This document shows, piece after piece, positions 10,992-21,210 of a stretch of DNA of 64,000 nucleotides. Source of the stretch: an uncultured Gemmatimonadales bacterium (GTDB lineage Bacteria > Gemmatimonadota > Gemmatimonadetes > Gemmatimonadales > GWC2-71-9). The DNA lies in assembly GCA_963730185.1 (NCBI GenBank), contig CAVSQW010000015.1, forward strand, positions 704,001-768,000. Direction: 5' to 3'. The translations under genes were made by a program, and so were the position numbers. Position 1 is the first letter of the stretch; the number at the start of each line of letters is the position of its first letter. Under the pieces are notes generated by a model. It worked only from the letters and a program-made list of their open reading frames with translations. It did no database searches and was not told the origin of the DNA.

Positions 10992-11436
10992 ATCTCATGC
11001 GGGCGCGCGGCGGGGTGCGCGCTCCCGGATCACGGTCGCGGGCCGGCATGCGCCGCTCGGGGGGGCGGCCGTCGTGCGCGCGGTCGACACCGTGCTCGCC
11101 GGCGAGCGCCGTCGGGCCGACGTCTCGATCACCTTTCTCGGTCCGGTCCGGATGCGGCGGCTCAACGCGGAGTGGAAGGGGCACGATCGACTCACCGACG
11201 TCCTGGCGTTCAGCCTGGCGTCGCCGGGCGCGCCCCTCCAGGGCGACGTCTACGTCTGCCGCGCGATGGCCCTGATCTCGGCCCGGGCCCATAAGATCCC
11301 GCTTCGTCGGGAGCTGCTCCGACTGGTGATCCACGGTACCCTGCACGTGCTGGGACACGACCACCCGGACGGCGAGGACCGGACCCGATCGGCCATGTGG
11401 CGGAGACAGGAGAAGTACCTCGCGTGTCTTGGCTGA
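10969..11436 (+). CDS. ybeY: rRNA maturation endoribonuclease YbeY (start uncertain)
   Basis: Motifs TDVLAF and HGTLHVLGHDH, in the usual position after phoH. Confidence 0.9.
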   Translation: MRRIKAAESHAGARRGARSRITVAGRHAPLGGAAVVRAVDTVLAGERRRADVSITFLGPVRMRRLNAEWKGHDRLTDVLAFSLASPGAPLQGDVYVCRAMALISARAHKIPLRRELLRLVIHGTLHVLGHDHPDGEDRTRSAMWRRQEKYLACLG

Positions 11437-12635
11437 TCGCCGCTCTCCAGCTGGCCGTGGCGCCGATCCTGGCGGGCGCGTTCACCCTCTGGGCGGCCCT
11501 GATCGCGCTCGCCGCCGAGGCCGAGGCGACCCTCCCCCGCCTGTTGGTGCCCGACGGCGAAGAGCGGAGCGGCCTGACCCCGGGGCGGGGCCTTCACGTC
11601 CTGCACCTCGCGCTCCTGGCCGCGGCGGCCTTCTTCTCGGGCATCGCGCTCGCCTGGTGGGCCTGGCGCCCGCTGGAAGCCGGCCTCCGGCTGATCCTGT
11701 CGGTGGCGCTGGTCTGGGTGGTGGGTGATCTGCTCCCCCGGCTCTGGGCCGCCAACGAGCCGGGCTTCATCCGGGCCGACGGCCGGATCGCGACCGTCTC
11801 CCTGACGCTCTTCCAACCCTTCCTCCGCCTGGTGGCCTGGGCCGACCGTGGCGGCCGGAACGAGGAGGCGCCCGATGCCCTCAGGCACCGGGTCAACCAC
11901 GAGGTCCGTGAGCGGCTGGCCGGGGTCTTCGCCCTCCGCGACATGACCGTGGCCGAGGTGATGACCCCCCGCATGGACGTGGTGTCGGTCGATCTCTCGG
12001 CGACCCGCGGCCACCTGCTCGAGACCTTCCGGGCCACCGAGCACTCCCGGCTCCTGGTGGTCGACGGCGATCCCGACAATGTCGTGGGGGTGATCTACGC
12101 CAAGGACCTCCTGGCCGAGCTCGACCGGGCCGCCGGCGAGAGCGACTGGCATGGGCTGGTCCGACCGGTCGAATACGTCCCCGATGCCAAGCGCCTGGAC
12201 CGGCAGCTTCGCGACTTCCAGCGGGGCCGGGCCCATCTGGTGGTGGTGGTCGACGAGTACGGCGGGACCTCGGGGATCGTGACCATGGAGGACGTCTTGG
12301 AGCAGATCGTGGGCGAAATCCAGGACGAATACGACACCGAGGAGGTCGTCCCGATCGAGCGGAAGGAGGACGGCAGCCTCGCCGTGCTCGGCAACGTCCC
12401 CCTGGTGGACCTCGAGTCCGAGCTCGACCACAGCTTCCATCAGGAGGACGTGGATACGGTGGGAGGCCTGGTGCTGGCCCTCGCCGGCCGGGTGCCGCGG
12501 GTGGGTGAGACCATCGTGGCCGGCGAGATCGCCCTCACCATCGATCAGGTGAGCCGCCGCCGGGTCCTCCGGGTCACGGTCCGCCCGGTGGTGGTTCCGG
12601 TGGCCGAGCGGGCCGGCGACGAGGTCGACGGATGA
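11424..12635 (+). CDS. CNNM/CorC-family (TM + CBS pair + CorC_HlyC) protein
   Basis: TM N-terminus, then EVMTPRMD and VVVDEYGGTSGIVTMEDVLEQIVGEIQDEYD. Confidence 0.9.
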   Translation: MSWLIAALQLAVAPILAGAFTLWAALIALAAEAEATLPRLLVPDGEERSGLTPGRGLHVLHLALLAAAAFFSGIALAWWAWRPLEAGLRLILSVALVWVVGDLLPRLWAANEPGFIRADGRIATVSLTLFQPFLRLVAWADRGGRNEEAPDALRHRVNHEVRERLAGVFALRDMTVAEVMTPRMDVVSVDLSATRGHLLETFRATEHSRLLVVDGDPDNVVGVIYAKDLLAELDRAAGESDWHGLVRPVEYVPDAKRLDRQLRDFQRGRAHLVVVVDEYGGTSGIVTMEDVLEQIVGEIQDEYDTEEVVPIERKEDGSLAVLGNVPLVDLESELDHSFHQEDVDTVGGLVLALAGRVPRVGETIVAGEIALTIDQVSRRRVLRVTVRPVVVPVAERAGDEVDG

Positions 12636-13834
12636 TCTGGTTCGCGATCGTGGTCGGCCTCCTGGTGACCGTCTTCGGCGCCTCGGCCAGCGCCGCCCTG
12701 GTGGTGGTGAGCCGGATGAGCCTGGCCGAGGCCGTCTCGCGCCGGCTCCGCGGACAGCCGTCGTCGCTGGAGTGGTTCGACGAAGCCGAGCGGGACCTGG
12801 CCGGCGCGACCGCGACGACCGGGTTGGGGACCGCCATCCTCGCCGCCGGGCTCTCGGCCGGCGTGGCGGTCGTCACCGGGGCGCTCCCGCTCTGGGGGAT
12901 CCTCCTGCTGGTGCTGCTGGGCGCGATCCCCCTGGTGCTCTTCAGCGGCTACGTCCTCCCCCGCTGGCTCACCGTCAGCCGGGCCACCCGGGTGGCCGCC
13001 GCGCTCCGGCCCATTCTTCGCCCCTGGTCGCGGGCCCTCGCCCTGGTCCTGCCCGAGCCCGCCCGCCGGAAGGAGAACGACGCCTTGCCGCTCTGGCGCG
13101 AGGTGGCCGGCGTGTTGGCGCCCACCGAGGAGCTGGTGATGGTGGGGAACGTGATCACCTTCGCCCAGCACGCCGTCCGCGAGGTCATGACGCCCCGAAC
13201 CGACCTGGTGGCGATTCCCGAGGAGGCCGGGCCCGACGAGATCACCCAGGCCTTTCTCCAGAGCGGCTACAGCCGGATCCCCGTCTACCGAGGTACCATC
13301 GACGAGATCCTCGGCATGGTGCACGTGTTCGATCTGCTCAAGCTCGAGCCCGGGCATCGGGTCCCGATCCGGCCGGTGGGCGTGGCGCCGGCCAGCCGGA
13401 GCTGCGCCGACGTGCTCCTCGACATGCAGCGGGAGCGCCGCCACCTGACCGTGGTGCTGGACGAGTTCGGTGGGACGGCCGGGATCGTCACGCTGGAAGA
13501 TCTGCTCGAAGCCATGGTCGGCGAGATCTACGACGAGCACGATCTGCCCCCGGGCGACCTGCCGCCCGACGTGGCCCACCCGGTCTGGGAGGCTGAGGGC
13601 GCCACCGAGGTCCACGAGCTGGAGGAGCGGTTCGGCGTCAGCCTCCCGGGCTCCGCCCGCACGATCGGGGGCCGCCTGCTCGAGCAGGTCGGCCGGGTTC
13701 CGCGCGAAGGGGAGCGGTTCGTCCTCGGCGGGCTCGAGCTCGACGTCCTGGCCGTGAGCCAGACCCGGATCGACCGGCTGGTGGTGCGCCGGGCCGGCGC
13801 GCCGGTCTACCCGCTCGACCGGGGCGACGAGTGA
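12632..13834 (+). CDS. Second CNNM/CorC-family protein
   Basis: TM N-terminus, then EVMTPRTD, YSRIPVY and VLDEFGGTAGIVTLEDLLEAMVGEIYDEHD. Confidence 0.9.
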   Translation: MIWFAIVVGLLVTVFGASASAALVVVSRMSLAEAVSRRLRGQPSSLEWFDEAERDLAGATATTGLGTAILAAGLSAGVAVVTGALPLWGILLLVLLGAIPLVLFSGYVLPRWLTVSRATRVAAALRPILRPWSRALALVLPEPARRKENDALPLWREVAGVLAPTEELVMVGNVITFAQHAVREVMTPRTDLVAIPEEAGPDEITQAFLQSGYSRIPVYRGTIDEILGMVHVFDLLKLEPGHRVPIRPVGVAPASRSCADVLLDMQRERRHLTVVLDEFGGTAGIVTLEDLLEAMVGEIYDEHDLPPGDLPPDVAHPVWEAEGATEVHELEERFGVSLPGSARTIGGRLLEQVGRVPREGERFVLGGLELDVLAVSQTRIDRLVVRRAGAPVYPLDRGDE

Positions 13835-15189
13835 ACCCGGACCAGAGCCGGGTCGAGGCGCTGCTCTCGCTCCTCCGGGCCGGGCGCGTCGCCGACTTTC
13901 TGGCCCAAGCCGAAGGCCTCGAGCCGGCCGATCTGGCCGACGTCCTGGCCGAGGCCGAGGAGTCGGAGCGGGTCGAGATCGTCAAGCTCCTCCCGCCGGA
14001 GCTCTCGGGCCAGGCCCTCTGGGAGCTGCCCGAGGAGGAACACCCCGAAGAGACCCTCGCCGCCCTCGAGCCGGCCAAGGCCGCCGAGATCGTCGAGGTT
14101 CTCCCCGACGACGACGCCGCCGACCTGCTCGGCGACCTCGAGCCCGGCGCCCAGCAACGGATTCTCGCCGAGCTCGACGACGTCGCGCAGCGCGACGAGG
14201 TCGTCGAGCTGCTCCAGTACGACCCGGAGTCCGCCGGCGGACTGATGACCGGCCACGTGGCCACCGTGCCGGCCAGCAGCACGGTGGCCGGCGCGCTGGA
14301 CGAGCTCCGCCGGCAGGCCGCCGAGCTGGAAGACTTCTCCGACGCCTACGTGGTGGGTGAGGCGGGCCAACTCCTCGGCAAGCTGAGCTTCAAACGGCTG
14401 GTGTTGAGCTCGCCCGATCGGGTGGTGCGGGAAGTGATGGAGGAGCCGGACGTCACCGTCCGGCCGGAGACCGACCAGGAAGAGGTCGCCCGGCTGATGG
14501 CCCGTTACAACGTCTCCAGCGTTCCGGTCGTGGACCGGTGGAACAGACTGCTCGGCCTGATCACCTTCGACGACGTGACCGACGTGGTCGAGGCCGAGGC
14601 CACCGAGGACCTGCTCCGTTTCAGCGGCGTCTCGGCCGACGAGCAGCTCGGCGCCAGCTGGTCGGTGGCCGTGAAGAGCCGGCTCCGCTGGCTCCTGGTC
14701 AACTTGTTCACGGCGGCCGCGGGCGCCTCGGTGGTCGGGTTCTTTCAGGGCAACATCGACCGGATCCTGGCCCTGGCCATCTGGATGCCGATCGTGGGCG
14801 GCCTGGGTGGCAACACCGGCACCCAGGCGCTGGCGGTCACCGTGCGCCGCCTTTCGCTCGGGCTCATCTCACCCGGGGAGTTCCGCCAGGTGGTGGGGAA
14901 GGAAATGTTGGTCGGGATCACCAACGGTCTGGCCATCGGCGCCCTGGCGGGTCTGGCGGCGACCGTCGTCGCCCACCTGACGGGCGCTCCCCCGCTCCTC
15001 GGCCTGGTCGTGTTCATGGCCCTGGCGCTCAACATGCTCGTGGCCGGAACGATGGGCGCCTTCGTTCCGCTGATCCTGGAGCGGTTCGGCGTCGATCCGG
15101 CGGTGGCGTCGTCGGTCTTCGTGGCGGCGTTCACGGACATGTGCGGGTTCGCCCTCCTCCTCGGGCTCGCCGGCTGGATCCTGCTCTAG
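13831..15189 (+). CDS. mgtE: Magnesium transporter MgtE
   Basis: Acidic N-domain, CBS pair (SAGGLMT), RLRWLLVNL, GGNTGTQ and DPAVAS...FTD. Confidence 0.95.
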   Translation: MNPDQSRVEALLSLLRAGRVADFLAQAEGLEPADLADVLAEAEESERVEIVKLLPPELSGQALWELPEEEHPEETLAALEPAKAAEIVEVLPDDDAADLLGDLEPGAQQRILAELDDVAQRDEVVELLQYDPESAGGLMTGHVATVPASSTVAGALDELRRQAAELEDFSDAYVVGEAGQLLGKLSFKRLVLSSPDRVVREVMEEPDVTVRPETDQEEVARLMARYNVSSVPVVDRWNRLLGLITFDDVTDVVEAEATEDLLRFSGVSADEQLGASWSVAVKSRLRWLLVNLFTAAAGASVVGFFQGNIDRILALAIWMPIVGGLGGNTGTQALAVTVRRLSLGLISPGEFRQVVGKEMLVGITNGLAIGALAGLAATVVAHLTGAPPLLGLVVFMALALNMLVAGTMGAFVPLILERFGVDPAVASSVFVAAFTDMCGFALLLGLAGWILL

Positions 15190-15271
15190 CGCCTGACCCG
15201 GTCGTGGCGACGTAATCGTATCTGGCAGCGCAACTTGCGGTGGCTTGGTAGGGAGGCGACTTTTCTCCGTC

Positions 15272-16333
15272 ATGGATCCCGTCGCCCTGGCCTCCGAGCT
15301 CAGCCCGGCCCGCCCGGCCGCCCTCGCCCGGGCGATCTCGATCGTGGAGAACGGCCGACCGGGGTTCGAGCAGCTGCTCTCGGCGATCCATCCGAAGCTG
15401 GGCCGAGCCCACCGGATCGGGATCACCGGGCCGCCCGGCGCGGGCAAGTCGACGCTCACCCAGGAGCTGGTGACGGCGTACCGGAAGCGGGGACTGACCG
15501 TCGCGGTGGTGGCCGTGGACCCGACCAGCCCGTTCACCGGCGGCGCGCTCCTCGGTGACCGGATCCGGATGGAGTCGGTCTCGCTCGACGACGGGGTCTA
15601 CATTCGCTCCATGGCCACCCGAGGGTCGCTGGGCGGGCTGGCCCAGGCCACCCGCGAGGTGAGCGACGTCTTGGATGCCGCCGGATTCGACCGGATCCTG
15701 ATCGAGACGGTTGGGGTGGGGCAGTCGGAGCTGGACGTCGCGAAGATGACCGATTCGACGGTCCTGGTGTTGGTTCCGGAGTCGGGCGACGGGATCCAGA
15801 CGCTGAAATCCGGGATCATGGAGATCGCCGACCTGTTCGTGGTGAACAAGGCCGACCGCCCCGGGGCAGACAAATTGCAGCACGAGATCGAAGTGACCTT
15901 GGGGATCCGGAAGGGCAACGCGTTTCGTCGGATCAGGTCGCATCATGGGATCAGGGTGGCCGGGCGCCCGGCCGGAGGGAAGGCCGCTCCGGCCGCCGGT
16001 CGGGCCGAAACCAACGGTGCGGAGGCGTGGGAGGCACCGGTGCTCCTGACGGTGGCCGCTCGGGGTGAAGGGGTGAAGGCCGTGGTGGAGGCGACCGCTC
16101 GCCACTACGAATGGATGCGGACCACCGGGGCCCTGGAGAAGCGGCGCAGCGAGCGCCTCCTGCTTCGGACCCGCGAGGTGGTGCGACGGGCCGTGGATCG
16201 GTGGATCTGGACCGACACCGGCGTGGAAGGACTGATCGACGACCGATTGGACGACATGCTGGCCGGCAGGGTGAGCCCGTACGACGTGGCCGCCCAGGTG
16301 GTCGCCGGCCTCAAGGAGGGAGCGCGGATATGA
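15272..16333 (+). CDS. meaB: Acyl-CoA mutase-associated GTPase MeaB/ArgK
   Basis: Motifs [36 protein letters not shown] and NKAD. Confidence 0.93.
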   Translation: MDPVALASELSPARPAALARAISIVENGRPGFEQLLSAIHPKLGRAHRIGITGPPGAGKSTLTQELVTAYRKRGLTVAVVAVDPTSPFTGGALLGDRIRMESVSLDDGVYIRSMATRGSLGGLAQATREVSDVLDAAGFDRILIETVGVGQSELDVAKMTDSTVLVLVPESGDGIQTLKSGIMEIADLFVVNKADRPGADKLQHEIEVTLGIRKGNAFRRIRSHHGIRVAGRPAGGKAAPAAGRAETNGAEAWEAPVLLTVAARGEGVKAVVEATARHYEWMRTTGALEKRRSERLLLRTREVVRRAVDRWIWTDTGVEGLIDDRLDDMLAGRVSPYDVAAQVVAGLKEGARI

Positions 16334-18045
16334 GTCGAGAACACGGAACCGCGGCCGCCGATCTGGCGACCAAGCTGGCGGAGCGGGAGCGCGAGCTGGC
16401 CGAGCTCAAGCGCGAAGTCGAGCAGTGGCGCGCGGAGTTCGGACGGCTCCCGCTCCGGACCGACGGCGACTTCACGTCGATCTCCGGTCGGTCGGTCGAG
16501 CCGGTCTATACCCCGGTCGACCTGATCGACACCCTGGGCGGCGACGGTCTCCTCCCGGGCGCGTTCCCGTACACCCGGGGGATTCATCCCTCGATGTACC
16601 GCGGCCGACTCTGGACCATGCGGCTCTTCTCCGGGTTCGGCACCGCGATCGACACCAACCAGCGGTACAAGTTCCTGCTCGAGCGGGGCCAGACCGGCCT
16701 CTCGGTGGCCTTCGACTTCCCGACCTTGATGGGCTACGACTCCGACCATCCCCGCTCCGAGGGCGAGGTCGGCAAGTGCGGGGTGGCCATCTCGAGTCTG
16801 GCCGACATGGAGACCCTCTTCGACGGGATCCCGCTCGACCAGGTCTCCACCTCGATGACGATCAACGGTCCGGCGGCGATGCTCTTCTGCTTCTACGTCG
16901 CCGCGGCCGAGAAGCAGGGCGTGGACATCGCCCAGCTCCAGGGCACCGTCCAGAACGACATGCTCAAGGAGTACATGGCCCAGCACGCCTGGATCTATCC
17001 GGTCGAGCCGGCCTTGAAGATCATCGTCGACATGTTCGAGTGGGCGGCGGAGCACACGCCCAAGTGGAACACCATCTCGATCTCCGGCTATCACATTCGC
17101 GAGGCCGGCGCCACGGCGGCGCAGGAGCTGGCGCTGACGCTGGCCAACGGCTTCAGCTACGTCGAGCACGGGATCGCCCGGGGACTGCCGGTCGACAGCT
17201 TCGCGCCCCGGCTCTCGTTCTTCTGGGACGTGCACAACGACTTCTTCGAGGAGATCGCCAAGATGCGGGCGGCCCGGCGGATCTGGGCCCGGCACCTCCG
17301 CGACAAGTACGGCGCCAAGGACCCTCGGAGCTGGAAGATGCGGTTCCACTGTCAGACGGCCGGGGTAAGCCTCACGGCCCAGCAGCCGATGAACAACGTG
17401 TCGCGGGTGGCCTATCAGGCGCTGGCCGCGGTGCTGGGCGGTACCCAGTCGCTCCACACCAACGCGCTCGACGAGACCCTGGCGCTCCCAACCGAGGAGT
17501 CGGTCCGGATCGCGCTCCGGACCCAGCAGATCCTGGCCTACGAGACCGGCGTCGCCAACGTGGCCGATCCGCTGGGCGGTTCCTACTACGTCGAGGCCCT
17601 GACCGACGCGTTCGAACGCGAGGCCGAGGGCCTCTTCGCCGACATCGAGGCGCAGGGCGGGGTGGTGGCGGCGATCGAGAAGGGCTGGTGCCAGCGCCAG
17701 ATCGCCGCCTCGGCCTCGCAGTTCCAGGCCGAGGTGGACTCCGGCCGCCGCGCGATCGTGGGGGTCAACGCCTTCACGGAGGACGAGGAGGGCCGGCCGA
17801 TCGAGACCCTCAAGGTCGGCGAGGGCGCGGAGCGGACCCAGCGCGACCGCTTGGCCCGGCTCCGGAGCGAACGGGACGGCACCCGGGTGGAGAAAACGCT
17901 GGCCGAGCTGGAGCGCGCGGCCCGCGAAGACCGGAACGTCATGCCGGCGATGCTCGACGCCGCCCGAGCGAACGCGACCCTGTTCGAGATCCGGGCCGCG
18001 TTGGAGGCGGTGTACGGGGCGTACCGCGAACCGGTGTTTTTCTAG
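16330..18045 (+). CDS. B12-dependent acyl-CoA mutase large subunit, isobutyryl-CoA mutase-like
   Basis: Motifs [43 protein letters not shown] and QSLHTN. Phe and Gln occupy the specificity positions. Confidence 0.92.
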   Translation: MSREHGTAAADLATKLAERERELAELKREVEQWRAEFGRLPLRTDGDFTSISGRSVEPVYTPVDLIDTLGGDGLLPGAFPYTRGIHPSMYRGRLWTMRLFSGFGTAIDTNQRYKFLLERGQTGLSVAFDFPTLMGYDSDHPRSEGEVGKCGVAISSLADMETLFDGIPLDQVSTSMTINGPAAMLFCFYVAAAEKQGVDIAQLQGTVQNDMLKEYMAQHAWIYPVEPALKIIVDMFEWAAEHTPKWNTISISGYHIREAGATAAQELALTLANGFSYVEHGIARGLPVDSFAPRLSFFWDVHNDFFEEIAKMRAARRIWARHLRDKYGAKDPRSWKMRFHCQTAGVSLTAQQPMNNVSRVAYQALAAVLGGTQSLHTNALDETLALPTEESVRIALRTQQILAYETGVANVADPLGGSYYVEALTDAFEREAEGLFADIEAQGGVVAAIEKGWCQRQIAASASQFQAEVDSGRRAIVGVNAFTEDEEGRPIETLKVGEGAERTQRDRLARLRSERDGTRVEKTLAELERAAREDRNVMPAMLDAARANATLFEIRAALEAVYGAYREPVFF

Positions 18046-18193
18046 GGCGTACTAGGGAGCAGGGAGTCGTGAGTGGTGGGCAGGGAGGGAGTGGTGAGTG
18101 GGGAGTAGTGCACTTCACCCCCTCGATCCCCCCACTCCCAATTCACGACTCCCTCCCAAGTCACTACTCACCATTCACCACTCACTACTCCAC
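18046..18193. repeat. Bipartite inverted heptamer array A (TRGKGAG-type arm then CTCMCYA-type arm)
   Basis: TAGGGAG CAGGGAG TCGTGAG TGGTGGG CAGGGAG GGAG TGGTGAG TGGGGAG ... CTCCCAA TTCACGA CTCC CTCCCAA GTCACTA CTCACCA TTCACCA CTCACTA. Confidence 0.85.
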
Positions 18194-18613
18194 ATGGTTG
18201 CAGCTCGTCCGATTCGAGTCTTAGTGGCGAAGCCCGGCCTCGATGGCCACGATCGCGGCGCCAAAGTGGTGGCCGCGGCCCTGCGGGACGCGGGGATGGA
18301 AGTGATCTACACCGGCCTCCACCAGACCCCGGAGATGGTGGCCCGGGCCGCCATCCAGGAAGACGTGGACGTGGTCGGGCTGTCGATCCTGAGCGGTGCC
18401 CACATGACGCTCTTTCCGCGGGTGCGGGCCCTGCTCGACGAAGCCGGCCGGAGCGACATCCTCCTCACCGGCGGCGGCATCATCCCTCCGGAGGACATCG
18501 AGGCCCTCTCCCAGCAGGGCGTCGGCCGCCTCTTCGGCCCCGGCACCCCCTTGGCCGACCTGGTGGACTATATCAACGAGTGGGCCGCCGCGAACCTGGA
18601 ACGGGGATTGTAG
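18194..18613 (+). CDS. Cobalamin-binding small subunit of the acyl-CoA mutase
   Basis: [10 protein letters not shown] (DxHxxG), [14 protein letters not shown] and FGPGT. Confidence 0.95.
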   Translation: MVAARPIRVLVAKPGLDGHDRGAKVVAAALRDAGMEVIYTGLHQTPEMVARAAIQEDVDVVGLSILSGAHMTLFPRVRALLDEAGRSDILLTGGGIIPPEDIEALSQQGVGRLFGPGTPLADLVDYINEWAAANLERGL

Positions 18614-18800
18614 GGACTCAATGTAGGGACTCGTGACTAGGAAGTAGGGACTAGGGAGGGAGTAGGGAGTACGGAGTAGGCGGTGGGAGCGCCGGAGCCC
18701 CAAGCCACCTGGTCCCGATTCCCTCCCAACTCCCTCCCAACTCCCTACTGCCAACTCCCTACTCCCTCCCTAGTCCCTACTCCCTACTCCCAAATCCCTA
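18611..18800. repeat. Bipartite inverted heptamer array B
   Basis: TAGGGAC TCGTGAC TAGGAAG TAGGGAC TAGGGAG GGAG TAGGGAG TACGGAG ... CTCCCAA CTCCCTA CTGCCAA CTCCCTA CTCC CTCCCTA GTCCCTA CTCCCTA CTCCCAA ATCCCTA. Confidence 0.88.
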
Positions 18801-21152
18801 TCAAGGTATCATCGGCCGGTCGGCCTTCTTCAGCAGAAACAGCCCCTCTTCGATACTGGTCACCGCAATCGTCCCACTCTTGAAGAACGGGTAGTTGCTC
18901 CATGACCCGGTGAAGCCGGCGGCGTCGGGGCCGACCGGGCTGGTGTCGAAATAGCCCACCGGCTTCGGGTGGGTCCGGTCGCTGATGTCGAACACTCGGA
19001 GGCCGCTCGCGTAGTTCGACTGGAACATCAGGTTGCCCTTGATGTACAGGTTGTGGTCGCTGGACGGGTTGGCCGAGACGTACTCGGTCGCAAGCACCGG
19101 GTCGTCCAGGTCGCTCACGTCCCAGATCAGGGTCCGAGTGCCCTTGACCAGGCCGCGGACCTCGTCCAGCTCGTCGTCCACGTAGAAGTAGCGCTGGTCG
19201 TCGGTGAGCCATCCCTGATGGGTGTATCCGACGTTCGGGTAGGCGGCGTGGGAGATCGCCCGGGGCGCCGCCTTGTCGGTCACGTCGGCGATCCCGAGAG
19301 CGTTCTCCGACGAGTTGAAGCAGATCTGGCGACCGGCGTACTGCTGGTCCGGGCCGTGATACACCACGCACTGGGCATCGTGGGTGTAGCCGGTCCGCTG
19401 GTTGCCCGTGGTCAGGTCGGCGAAGCATCCCGCGAAGGTGGGATGAAGCGGATCGCGAATGTCGATCATGTGGAGCGCGCCGCCGCAGGTCTCTCCGCCG
19501 CCATTGGCGCCCACCGCGAAGGCGTACCCCGAGGTGGTGTCGATCACGATGTTGTGGGCGCTCGCGATCTTGTCGTACCAGGCGTCGGCGGTGAACGTTT
19601 CGGGTGTGCTCACCTTTCGGAGCCGGGCCAGGTCGAACACCTGCATCCCGTGGTTCTGGGCGCCGTCGGAGACGACGAAGGCGTAGTTCCGGTAGGTCTT
19701 GATGTCGCGCCACGCCGAGGCGGGCGAGCCGGCGGTGCGGGGCAGATCGCCCAGATAGCGCGGCGCGCCGGCGTCGGTCACGTCGACGAACGAGGTGCCG
19801 TCGATCCGTCCCACCAGCGCGTATTCCCGGCCGGTCGACGGGTCGGTCCAGCCCCAGAGGTCGTTGAGCTGGACGCCCCGCGCCCCGCCCATCGCCGGGA
19901 CCGGCAGGAAGGCCAGCAGATCCACGTTGTGACAGTCGAAGATCCCGACCTTGCCGCCCGACCCGCACTCGTGCTTGGTGCCGGTCATCGCGGCCAGCGT
20001 CTTCTCCTCGGTCAGCACCTTCGTCCCTCCATTCCAGCGGCCGCCGGCGACGGCGTAGATCACCGCGGTCCCGGCCCCGAAGTCGTCGCCCGGGGAGCCG
20101 ACCACGGCCACGTCGCCCGACAGCGCGAGGGCCGCGCCGAACTGGTCGCCGGCGTCGGCGTCGGGGGACGCCAGCTTGCGGGATCCGGTGTAGGATCCGT
20201 CGGCCGCCCGGGTCAGCTGGTAGACGGCGCCGCTCCGGTCGGCCCCGGGCGCCCCGACCAGGAGCTCGGTCGGGGTGTCGACGATCCGCGCCCCGAACTG
20301 ACTTCGGCGGCCCCCGTCGAACGGCGCCAGCCGGGCCTGCTGGACCCACTGGCCACCTTGCCGCCGGTACGCGAACACCGCGCCGGTGCCCACGTCCGCA
20401 CCGGGGGCGCCGACCAGGAGGGTGCCGTCGACGATCGCGACGGCCGTGCCGAACTGCTCGAACCGGGTGGCGCCGCCGTCCTGGAGGATCGCCTCTTCCC
20501 GCCATTGGCCCGCGCCGTCCCGCCGGAACACGTAAGCCGCCCCCTTGGCGGAGTCGCGCTGAAAGGCCCCGACCAGCATCAGGTCGCCCGAGACGGCGAT
20601 CCCCGAGCCGAAGAAGTCGCCGGGCGCCCCGGTGCTCGCGGTGATCGTTGTGGCCTCGGTCCACCGGCCGTCGCCCTGACGCTCCCAGATCGCGACGGCG
20701 CCCCGGCCCTCGTTGTGACCCCACGAGGCGACGTAGGCTCGGTCGCCCCGGAGGAGCACCTTCCGTCCCCAGGCGTCCTGGGGCTTGGTGCTGGCCGCCA
20801 CGAGCTTGGCCACCTGGTGCCACTCGCCTCCGGATCGCTCGAAGAGGTAGGCCGCGCCCCGCGAGCTGTCGATCGAGGTCGCGCCGACCAGGAGGCGCTC
20901 GCCGTCGAGCGAGAGGTGTCGCCCGAACCGGTCCAGGGGCGTTCCGTCAGGTGCCGAGAAATGCGCCACCGCCTCCCATCCGCCCCGGCCGTTGGGCTCG
21001 AACACATGCACCATTCCCGGGGTGTAACGGTTGATCGGCTCGCCGATCGCAACCCGGTGGGGGCCGGCCGCGACGGCGCTGCCGAAGTTCTGCGCCGCGA
21101 GGGCCGGCGCGAGAGAGACCAGTCCGACTGAGATGAGTGTCGCCAACCGCAT
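18801..21152 (-). CDS. Secreted FG-GAP repeat + choice-of-anchor B domain protein
   Basis: Signal peptide and about 7 FG..VA....VGA repeats. The C-domain has NDLWGWTDP..GREYA, WRDIK, AHNI, YTHDAQC, YTHQGW, DHN and WSNYP. Confidence 0.85.
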   Translation of the reverse strand: MRLATLISVGLVSLAPALAAQNFGSAVAAGPHRVAIGEPINRYTPGMVHVFEPNGRGGWEAVAHFSAPDGTPLDRFGRHLSLDGERLLVGATSIDSSRGAAYLFERSGGEWHQVAKLVAASTKPQDAWGRKVLLRGDRAYVASWGHNEGRGAVAIWERQGDGRWTEATTITASTGAPGDFFGSGIAVSGDLMLVGAFQRDSAKGAAYVFRRDGAGQWREEAILQDGGATRFEQFGTAVAIVDGTLLVGAPGADVGTGAVFAYRRQGGQWVQQARLAPFDGGRRSQFGARIVDTPTELLVGAPGADRSGAVYQLTRAADGSYTGSRKLASPDADAGDQFGAALALSGDVAVVGSPGDDFGAGTAVIYAVAGGRWNGGTKVLTEEKTLAAMTGTKHECGSGGKVGIFDCHNVDLLAFLPVPAMGGARGVQLNDLWGWTDPSTGREYALVGRIDGTSFVDVTDAGAPRYLGDLPRTAGSPASAWRDIKTYRNYAFVVSDGAQNHGMQVFDLARLRKVSTPETFTADAWYDKIASAHNIVIDTTSGYAFAVGANGGGETCGGALHMIDIRDPLHPTFAGCFADLTTGNQRTGYTHDAQCVVYHGPDQQYAGRQICFNSSENALGIADVTDKAAPRAISHAAYPNVGYTHQGWLTDDQRYFYVDDELDEVRGLVKGTRTLIWDVSDLDDPVLATEYVSANPSSDHNLYIKGNLMFQSNYASGLRVFDISDRTHPKPVGYFDTSPVGPDAAGFTGSWSNYPFFKSGTIAVTSIEEGLFLLKKADRPMIP

Positions 21153-21210
21153 GGTGCCTCCGGAGGACACGGGGCGGGGGAACGGAATGGAAAGGTGGAT
21201 GCTGGGACCC

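Noticed and set aside
15190..15271. Cobalamin riboswitch before the B12 mutase operon
   Set aside because: The gap is only about 80 nt and shows no recognisable B12-box.
18046..18800. Heptamer arrays as a CRISPR array
   Set aside because: There are no identical 23-47 nt repeats with unique spacers and no cas genes. The units are degenerate 7-mers.
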